Source: Elusimicrobiota bacterium
GTDB lineage: Bacteria; Elusimicrobiota; Elusimicrobia; UBA1565; UBA9628
Assembly: GCA_028714015.1 (NCBI GenBank)
Contig: JAQTNG010000002.1
Coordinates: 1 to 48,790, forward strand
Length of the DNA: 48,790 nt
Direction of reading: 5' to 3'
The first letter of the stretch is position 1. Each line of letters opens with the position of its first letter. The notes below the pieces were generated by a model. It saw only the letters and a list, made by a program, of their open reading frames with translations. It did no database searches and had not been told where the DNA came from. Shown here piece after piece: positions 18,014 to 25,700 of the stretch. A program made the translations under genes and the position numbers.

Positions 18014-19476
18014 GATTTTCTCCGGGACAAAGTCCGGGACAGCGCCGCCTCGAGGCTGACGAGGCGGTAGCCGGCGGCGTCCACGACGGTCATCGTCTTG
18101 GGGCATAGGTCGAGGTCCCAGGACGACCGAATCAAGACGGCGGCGGTTTTGGCCGCGGCCGTTTTGGCGAGGAGCCGCAAAGCGGCGGCCTGGCCCGGGA
18201 AGCGCCGGGCCTCGAAACACAAAAAGATCACGCGTTTCGCCCGACGCGCGAGCTCGGGAAAAGAGCCGAGGTCCGAGCCGACGATGGGCGCGCGGGCGAA
18301 CGCGCACCCTCGCGCCAGGCGGCGCACGAGCGCCTCGGGGCCGCCGGGGCCGCCCTCGAAGGTGAAGCGCTCTCGCACCTCCCTGAAATCCGGGAGCACG
18401 ACGAGCGTCTCCGGGGACCGGGGAACCGGCAGACGCGTCACGCCGCGCCGCGCCACGACGACGGCCTTGGCCGCGATGCGGGCGGACAGCTTCGCCCCCT
18501 CGGACAGCGAGGCCGCGGGCGCCTTGCGCCGCCGGAGCAGGCGGGTGATGCGCGCGTCGGCGGCGGAGAGCTGCTCCTCGGGCGCGCCGGCCTCGCGCAG
18601 AAGGTCGACCGCGTCGGTCATGCCCTGGAGGTCGTGGGCGATCATCAGCACGTCGTGGCCCGCGTCGAGGCACTTGAGCGTGGCCTCGGCGACCGGCCAG
18701 CGCTTGGTGATCGCCCCCATGCACAGATCGTCGCTGACGACGAGGCCGTCGTAGCCGAGCTCGCCGCGCAGGACGTCCCGCACGATTTTTTTAGAAAACG
18801 TCCCCAACTCAGCGTCCAGGGAGGGGTATCTGACGTGCGAGGTCATGACCGCGTCCACCCCCGCGGCGCAGGCGGCGCGGAAAGGGGCGAGGTGCGTGCG
18901 CGAGAACGCCGCGCGCGGCAGCCGGATCGTGGGTAGGTCGATGTGCGCGTCCACGGTCGCCGCGCCCTTGCCGGGGAAATGCTTCGCGCACGCGGAGACG
19001 TCGTTGTCCTGCATCCCGCGGATGAAGGCGGCGCCGAGGCGTCCCGCCAGAGCCGGATCCGAGCCGAAGGACCTGATGCCGATGCCGGGGTTGTAGACCT
19101 TGGTCGCCACGTCGAGCACGGGCGCGAGGTTCATGCGGATGCCCAACGGCGCCAGCTCGCGCGCCATCTGGCGGCCGACGGCGTACGCGAGCTTCGGGTC
19201 CTTCGCGCGGCCCAGGGCGGCGTTGCCGGGAAACGGGGTCACCCCGCTTTTGAATCTCAGCACCCAGCCGCCCTCGTGGTCGATCGCGACGAGCAGGGGG
19301 CGGCCAAGGCGCTGCTCGAGCTCGGACACGTAGGCCCTGGTCTGCGCGGGCGTCTCGATGTTGCGCGCGAGCAGGAGGACGCCGGTGGCCTGCGTGGACT
19401 TGAACAGGGACACCGTCTGGCGCGACGGCTTGAGGCCGTAAACGCCGAACATGAACAAACGCCCCGGATCGGTCAT
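18010..19476 (-). CDS. nagZ: Glycoside hydrolase family 3 beta-N-acetylhexosaminidase with a C-terminal extension
   Basis: Motifs 'AIDHEGGWV', 'KHFPGKGAATVDAH' and 'VVSDDLCMGAI' are present. Confidence 0.8.
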   Translation of the reverse strand: MTDPGRLFMFGVYGLKPSRQTVSLFKSTQATGVLLLARNIETPAQTRAYVSELEQRLGRPLLVAIDHEGGWVLRFKSGVTPFPGNAALGRAKDPKLAYAVGRQMARELAPLGIRMNLAPVLDVATKVYNPGIGIRSFGSDPALAGRLGAAFIRGMQDNDVSACAKHFPGKGAATVDAHIDLPTIRLPRAAFSRTHLAPFRAACAAGVDAVMTSHVRYPSLDAELGTFSKKIVRDVLRGELGYDGLVVSDDLCMGAITKRWPVAEATLKCLDAGHDVLMIAHDLQGMTDAVDLLREAGAPEEQLSAADARITRLLRRRKAPAASLSEGAKLSARIAAKAVVVARRGVTRLPVPRSPETLVVLPDFREVRERFTFEGGPGGPEALVRRLARGCAFARAPIVGSDLGSFPELARRAKRVIFLCFEARRFPGQAAALRLLAKTAAAKTAAVLIRSSWDLDLCPKTMTVVDAAGYRLVSLEAALSRTLSRRKS

Positions 19477-19482
19477 GGCGCA

Positions 19483-19517
19483 AGTTTAACAAAGGGGCGC
19501 GTCGGTTTTGTTAAAGT
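19483..19517. promoter_or_regulatory. Divergent promoter region made of two inverted copies of an extended -10 motif (TTTGTTAAANT)
   Basis: On the minus strand, TTTGTTAAACT (19493-19483) ends 6 nt before the nagZ ATG at 19476. On the plus strand, TTTGTTAAAGT (19507-19517) ends 6 nt before the ATG at 19524. Neither side has a Shine-Dalgarno sequence. Confidence 0.45.
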
Positions 19518-19523
19518 ATGAAC

Positions 19524-19937
19524 ATGGACGCCCTCACTTTTCTACGCGAACGGGTGGGACTGTTCGCCGGCGTCTCCGAGGAGCACCTGACGGCCCTGGC
19601 GACAGAGTCGACCCTCAGCACCTACAAGAGCGGCCAAACCATCATGTTCAAAGGCGCGACCGTCGACGGCCTTCATGTCATGGCCGTGGGGAAGGCCGGG
19701 GTCTTCATCAAGCCTCCGACGCAGCCTGTAATACAGGTCGCCGAACTCATATCGGGCGACGTGTTCGGCGAGGTCTCGATCATCGAAAACGGCACGGCCG
19801 GGGCGACGATCAAGTGCATCGAGGACGGGACCTTCGTCCTGAACATTCCCCAGGACGCCTTCCGCGTCCTGCTGACCGAAAGCCCCGAGTTCGTGGCCCG
19901 CGTGAAGGCCCTGATCGCCTCGCGCAAAGCGCCGTAG
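19524..19937 (+). CDS. Stand-alone cyclic-nucleotide-binding-like domain protein (paralog 1)
   Basis: 'FLRERVGLFAGVSEEHL' and 'GDVFGEVSIIENGTAGATIKC' indicate a CAP/CRP-type beta-barrel, and no DNA-binding domain is present. I prefer the start at 19524 (an alternative ATG lies at 19518) because it matches the paralog's N-terminus 'MDALTFLRERV'. Confidence 0.75.
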   Translation: MDALTFLRERVGLFAGVSEEHLTALATESTLSTYKSGQTIMFKGATVDGLHVMAVGKAGVFIKPPTQPVIQVAELISGDVFGEVSIIENGTAGATIKCIEDGTFVLNIPQDAFRVLLTESPEFVARVKALIASRKAP

Positions 19938-20001
19938 GGGCCCAGTCGAAGCGGGCCATAGGGCCCTGTTCGGCCGGCGCGGCCGGCGCTATCATAAGCT
20001 T

Positions 20002-20430
20002 ATGGATGCCCTGACCTTCCTGCGCGAGCGGGTGCCGTTGTTCGCCGGCGTGAACGAGGAGAACCTGGCCGCCTTGGCGGAATCCTCCGTCGAGCTTTCA
20101 TTCCGCGCCGGGCAGACCATCCTCTTCAAGGGCGCGACCGTCGACGGCCTGCACCTCGTCGTCTCCGGCAAGGCCGGCGTTTACGTGAAATCGACGAACA
20201 AGACCATGGTCCGCGTCGCCGAACTCGGCGCGGGCGAGGTGTTCGGCGAGATGTCCATCGTCGAGATGGGCACCGCGGGCGCCGCGATCAAGGCCGAGAG
20301 CGACGCGCAGGTTCTGATGATTCCCCAGGAATCCTTCCGCCACGTCCTTCAGCAGGACGAGGGGTTCGCCGTGCGCGTCAACATCCTGATCGTCTCGCGC
20401 CGGTCCGCTCCCGTCTCGATCCCCGCGTAA
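20002..20430 (+). CDS. Stand-alone cyclic-nucleotide-binding-like domain protein (paralog 2)
   Basis: 'MDALTFLRERVPLFAGVNEENL' and 'GEVFGEMSIVEMGTAGAAIKA' are colinear with the upstream paralog, with roughly half of the residues identical by eye. Confidence 0.75.
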   Translation: MDALTFLRERVPLFAGVNEENLAALAESSVELSFRAGQTILFKGATVDGLHLVVSGKAGVYVKSTNKTMVRVAELGAGEVFGEMSIVEMGTAGAAIKAESDAQVLMIPQESFRHVLQQDEGFAVRVNILIVSRRSAPVSIPA

Positions 20431-20431
20431 G

Positions 20432-22753
20432 CTACTCGCTGAACGCCACCTCGATGTCGCGCGCGTCCCCGCGCCCCTGATCGTCGACGACCCGCACCGT
20501 GCTGCGTCCCGGGCGCGGCGTCCAGAACAGAGGCTTGCCCGCGAGCGCATGCCCGACCAAAGCGCCGTCGGCGAACCAGAACAGCTCGCGCGCGTCGGCG
20601 TCGGCCACGGCCGAGAGGGGGATGGCGCCCGGATCGGCCGCGCTCGCGTGATACGTCACGCCGCTCAGCGGAGAGGTAATGCGCGGAGGCAGCCCGCGGC
20701 CGGAGCGGTCGGTCAGGCCGCACGCGGGATCGTAGGCGGGAGGCCGGCGGCGCGGAATTCCGGCCTGACGAAAAATACGCAGCAGGTCGGACGGCCAGAA
20801 CTCGAAGACCTCGCGGCGGGCTCCGGCCGACCGGCAGGCGCGGCGCCCCGAGGTCTTGTCGACGAGCACCTCGCGGTGCACGTCGCACATCGCGATCGGC
20901 GAGACGCCGGGGATGAACCAGGTTTTCGAGCGGCGCGGGCAATGCGGGCCGGGGGAGCCGCCCGGGACGGCGCAGACCTCGATGGAGACGGCCTTGAGAT
21001 CATGCTGGCCGAGCGCGTACGCGTCGCGCATCGGCCCGCGCGCCTGCATCGCGTCCACGATGTCGAAGAACAGCGGGGCGGCCGCCTCCGCGCCGACGAA
21101 GGCCGGGTTGCTTTCGCCCCGGAAATCCCCGATCCATACGACGAGCGCGTACTGTCCGAAGACGCCGGCGGACCACGCGTCGCGGAAGGCCCACGAGGTC
21201 CCCGTTTTCCAGTAGACGGGAAGCGCGCCCGCGCGCCACTCCTCGCGAAACGACTGCCGCGGGCGCGGATTGGACTTGAGGCCGTCCATCGTGAGGAACA
21301 CGGCGTCCTGCGACAGGAGCCGCACGCCCGGCTCCCGCGGATCGGCGGCCGTGCGGCGCAGCGGCTTGAGCTCCCCGCCGTTGCCGAGCATGGCGTAGAG
21401 ACGCGCGAGATCCTCCATGCTCGTTTCGCCGGCGCCGAGGACGAGGCCGAGCCCGTAGTGCTCGGCGGGCCGGGGCAGATCGACGCCCGCGGATTTCAGG
21501 AACCCGTAGAGCCCCGGGGGCGCGAGCTTGGACGCCAAGGCCACCGCCGGGATGTTGCGGCTCTTGATCAGCGCCTCGCGCGCGGGCAGCGGGCCCGCGA
21601 ACTCCCCGTCGAAGTTCTCGGGGTCGTAGGCGCCGAAAGCCGCGGGCGCGTCCTTGAGCAGGCTTTGCGGATGAATGAGCCCCTGCTCGAAGGCGAGCGC
21701 GTACGCGAAGGGCTTGAGCGCCGAGCCCGGCGAGCGCCTTGAGGTCAGCGCGCTGACCTGGCCCGAGATGTCCGCGTCGGCGTAGTTCGCCGAGCCGACC
21801 GCGGCGACGACCTCCATCGAGGTGAAATCGACGAGCAGCGCGGCCGCGTTCTTGATGCCCTGGTCGCGCCGCCGCTCGACATGGCCGCCGACCAGGCGCT
21901 CGAGAAGCTTCTGCGCGTCGAGGTCCAGGGTCGTGACGATCCGCTCGTCCCGCGCGAGCGACAAAACGCGCCGAGTGAAGTGCGGCGCGGCGAAGGGGAG
22001 CTCCCTGGCGCCGCGCACCGTCCATGGAGTCTCGAGCGGGTCGCCGCGGCGCGCGTCCTCGGGATGCACGGCGAGCCAGCGCGCGAACAGGCGGCGGCGC
22101 GCGTCCTCGAGCGCCCGCCGGTTCGCCTTTCCCGCGTCGGTCATCGCGCGGCGGACCGGATTTTGCGGAATCACGGCGAGCGTGATCGCCTCGCTCAGGT
22201 CGAGGCGGGACACGTCCTTTCCGAAGTACACGAGGCTCGCGGCCCCCGCGCCCTCGATGTTCCCGCCGTACGGAACGAGGTTGAGGTAGGCCTCGAGTAT
22301 CCTGTCCTTCGAGTAGAACAGCTCGAGCTGCAGGGCGCGCAGGATCTGGATCGTCTTTCCCGAGGGCCGGCTCGAATCGAGGCCGTACTTGAGCCGGGCG
22401 AGCTGCATCGTGATCGTCGAGCCGCCGCGGCGGCGCGTCCGCGCGCCGTAGGTGGTCCAGGCCGAGCGGATCAAGGAGGCCGGGTCGACGCCCGGGTGCA
22501 AACGGAAGCGCCGGTCCTCGTGGAGCATGGTCGCCTCGACCAAAAGCGGCGACATCTCATGCAGCGGCACCCAGAGGCGGTACCGGCCGTCCGCGGACAC
22601 GGTGAGCCGCAGGAGACGGCCGTCGCGCGCGTACACGGCGCGCGAGAAGGCGAAGCCCTCTCTCAGCGGCGCGGGGCGCGGGGCGGAGCGCGCGAGCGCC
22701 AATCCCGCGAATGCCGCGCCCATGCAAATGCACGACGCGGTTCGCGGCCTCAT
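20432..22753 (-). CDS. pbpC: Penicillin-binding protein 1C (bifunctional glycosyltransferase/transpeptidase fold)
   Basis: The GT51 motifs are 'EDRRFRLHPGVD' and 'GGSTITMQLAR'. The transpeptidase motifs are 'SALKP' (SxxK), 'SRN' and 'KTGTS'. A C-terminal PBP1C-type domain is present. The start overlaps the A2M stop by 4 nt. Confidence 0.88.
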   Translation of the reverse strand: MRPRTASCICMGAAFAGLALARSAPRPAPLREGFAFSRAVYARDGRLLRLTVSADGRYRLWVPLHEMSPLLVEATMLHEDRRFRLHPGVDPASLIRSAWTTYGARTRRRGGSTITMQLARLKYGLDSSRPSGKTIQILRALQLELFYSKDRILEAYLNLVPYGGNIEGAGAASLVYFGKDVSRLDLSEAITLAVIPQNPVRRAMTDAGKANRRALEDARRRLFARWLAVHPEDARRGDPLETPWTVRGARELPFAAPHFTRRVLSLARDERIVTTLDLDAQKLLERLVGGHVERRRDQGIKNAAALLVDFTSMEVVAAVGSANYADADISGQVSALTSRRSPGSALKPFAYALAFEQGLIHPQSLLKDAPAAFGAYDPENFDGEFAGPLPAREALIKSRNIPAVALASKLAPPGLYGFLKSAGVDLPRPAEHYGLGLVLGAGETSMEDLARLYAMLGNGGELKPLRRTAADPREPGVRLLSQDAVFLTMDGLKSNPRPRQSFREEWRAGALPVYWKTGTSWAFRDAWSAGVFGQYALVVWIGDFRGESNPAFVGAEAAAPLFFDIVDAMQARGPMRDAYALGQHDLKAVSIEVCAVPGGSPGPHCPRRSKTWFIPGVSPIAMCDVHREVLVDKTSGRRACRSAGARREVFEFWPSDLLRIFRQAGIPRRRPPAYDPACGLTDRSGRGLPPRITSPLSGVTYHASAADPGAIPLSAVADADARELFWFADGALVGHALAGKPLFWTPRPGRSTVRVVDDQGRGDARDIEVAFSE

Positions 22754-25700
22754 TTGACCTCGATGACGCCCGCGGAGCCGAGGGCGGAGACTGAGCGGTC
22801 GTACATGGACTCGGCGAACGGCGGCGGCACGGTGAAGGTCCCCCGCCCGGAGGCCTTGATGCGGTAGGTGAGCTCAAGGACGCCGCCGCCCGCCGAGCCG
22901 AAGAACAGCACTCGATCCTCGCGGATGTCCCGGTATTCGACGCCGCTCGACTCTCCGTCCGAGCGGTCTTTCCACACCGGCTCGAAGCCGCCGGGCACGA
23001 GGTCCACGACCGCGAGATTCGGGACGGAGTTGCCGTCGAGCGTGCGCAGGCGCAGACGCACCGTGTAATCGCGTCCGAGCGCGGCCGTCTTCACCGGCTG
23101 GTTCTTGTCGTCGAGAATCTCCCGGAACACCTCGAGCTTGCGGCGCACCGGCTCCTTGGGAACGGCGAGATCGTAGCCCGACTGCGTCGTTTGATAGAAC
23201 AGCCGCCGCGACGAGAGGTTCTCCACCGAGATCGCCTTCGCCGCGGGCGAAAACGACGCCTTCGAGAACAGCCCCGGGGGAAGAAGGAGCGCCCGGCGGC
23301 CTCCGGCCTCGAGGACTTCCTCGACGCGCGCCTCGCCGGGCGTCAGTTCCCCGGCCGCCGCCGCGTACGCGTCGAGGGCGAGTATCGAGTAGGCGGCCGA
23401 GAGCGAGTTGTAGCTTCCCCGTTGGAGGGGCTCGACCACGCGCAGCACCGCGTCCGCGTCGAGCGAGGCAAGCCGCTCCGGGAAATGCAGGGCGAGCAAG
23501 TAGAGAAACTGGGCTTCATGGATCGTGTCGTCATAAAACCATTCCCAATCCGGTGTCCTCGGCTCGCCGGATGAGACTCCGTCCATCAGCGAGCCGGCCT
23601 CGCCGTCGAGATGCAGCATCGAATAGGAAGACGCGAGGTAGGCCGCGGTCAGGTCCTTGCGCCAGTTCTTGTCGCCGCTTTTCTCGAGCCGGGCGCGCAG
23701 GCCGTTGATCAGCGGCGTGGTGACGCGGCCGTTGCGCGTCAGCACGTATATCGCGTAGGCCTGCACGCGGGCAGGCGCGTCGAGGCCGGGAGCGTCGGAG
23801 GCCAGCGCGTTGAGGTAGCCGAGCGTGCGCTCCAGAAGCTCGTGCGGAACCGTATAGCCCTTGTCCTTGGCTTCGGTCAGGAAGTGCGCGGCGTAGACGG
23901 CCTGGAAGGGGGAGGCGTGAGAGTTGGCCGCCCACATGCCGAACGCGCCGTCTTCGTTCTGGCGCGAGCGCAGGATGTCGACCGCCCGGGCGAGATTGGC
24001 CTCCACGGTCTCGGGCGCGTAGCCGAACTCGGGGCGGCGGCGCAGGATGAGGGCGGGGAAGGTCTGGCTCAGGACCTGCTCGGTGCAGCCGTACGGATAT
24101 TTCTGCAGGTACTGGAGGAGGCCTTTGGCGAGGATCAGCGGGAGAGGCGAAACCGAGGTCTCGAGCGCCCGGAAGGACGGGTACAGCTTGCGGGGCGCCG
24201 GCGCCTCCTTGCGCCCCGACTTCAGATGGCCGGTTTCGATCGTCACTTGGTAGGGCATCGAAGGACGCACGCTCAAGGACACCTCGCGCCGGGCCGTTTC
24301 CGACGAGACGGACGCCTCGAAGGTCAAAGTCGCGGCGCCCAGGGCGGGCCGGGAGCGGAGACGGAAGACCGCGACGGACTCGCGATTCTCGCCGGCCGGA
24401 AACGTTTTGACGCTTTCGCCGACGACCTCGAGATGGCCGGAAGTTTTCAGCGCGACCCGGGCGGCGGCGTTCGGGCCGGAGCCTTTCACGCCGTTGGCGA
24501 GCGCCACGCTCGCCTCGAACTCGTCGCCGGGCGCGACGAACAGCGGCGCGTTCGGAGAGAGCACGATCGCCTGGCGCACGAGGACCTTCTTCTGCGCGAC
24601 GCCGATCGAGGACGGCTCGGCGGCGACGGCGGTGACGCGCAGCGTCCCGTTGAAGGAGTCTGGAATCAGGAAGGAAATGGTCTTGCCTTCCGGCCCTGTT
24701 TCCAGCATTCCAGACCAGAAGACCGCGGGCTTATCTCTTCGTCGCTTGAAGGGATTGAGGTTGCGCCCCGCCGCGTCCCACCCGTCCTGGTCGCCGCCCG
24801 GCGCCATCACGGCCATCGATAGGCGGTATTCGGGCAGCAGCAGGTCGAGAATCTGGTAGGTGCGGACTTCTAAGGCGCGCTTGCGCAGAAAGTGCGCGAG
24901 AGGATCGGGGATCTTCCAGCCCGCGACCTGCAAAATGCCCTCGTCGGCGGCGAACACGGCGACGCGAGAACGGCGCGGCGTCTTAACGCGGAGAACGCAG
25001 ATTTGACCCGGCTTCAGCTTTTCGGGAGCCTCCAAAGTCACGGGCAAGGTTCGGTGCGAGCGGCTTACGCTGAACGGGGCGACGCCGTGGCTCAGCGGGC
25101 TCATGAAGATCTCCCGCGAGTCCGGCGAACGCAGGAAGGTGACGGTCACATAGGCGTTGCCTTCGACGCTCTCGGGCAGGCGGATGCTCTGCGTCGAGGC
25201 GCTGACCGAGGACTTGAACCATTTGTGCGCGTACACCTTGTCGCGCTCGATCGAGATCAGGCCGGCCCCGGCGTAAGGCGCCTTGAGCTGCATCTCGACG
25301 AGCTCGCCCGGCGCGTAATCCGTCTTCTCCAGGCGCAGCTGCAGCTCGGCGTTTTTTTCAAGGCTCCGGGACAAATTGCCGTGGCCGGCGACCGTATAAC
25401 GCAGGCGGTTGAGCTCGGCGCCGGCCGCGTCGCGCAGCACGAGCGCGTAGTCTCCGGGCGACGAGGTGTCGAGGCGCAGCGGGCGCGGGCCCGCCGGGAG
25501 GTTCAGGGTCTTGGAGGAGACGAACAGCTCCTTGTTGACCGACTGGTACCGGTACAGGCCGTCGGGCCCCTTCACGAGGGCCGAGACCCAGCGTTCCTCG
25601 AGCAGCTGGACCGTGACGGAAGAGGCGGCCACCGCCCGCCCTTCCGGTCCCACCGCCGCCGCCGTCACCGTGCGCGTGCTGCCGCGCGGCACGTAGCGCA

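Noticed and set aside
19938-20001. GC-rich palindromic stretches (GGGCCC...GGGCCC and GGCCGGCGCGGCCGGC) between the two cNMP-like genes might have been a terminator.
   Set aside because: The stems are short or imperfect and no T-run follows. The region also holds the TATCAT box for paralog 2, so I left it unannotated.
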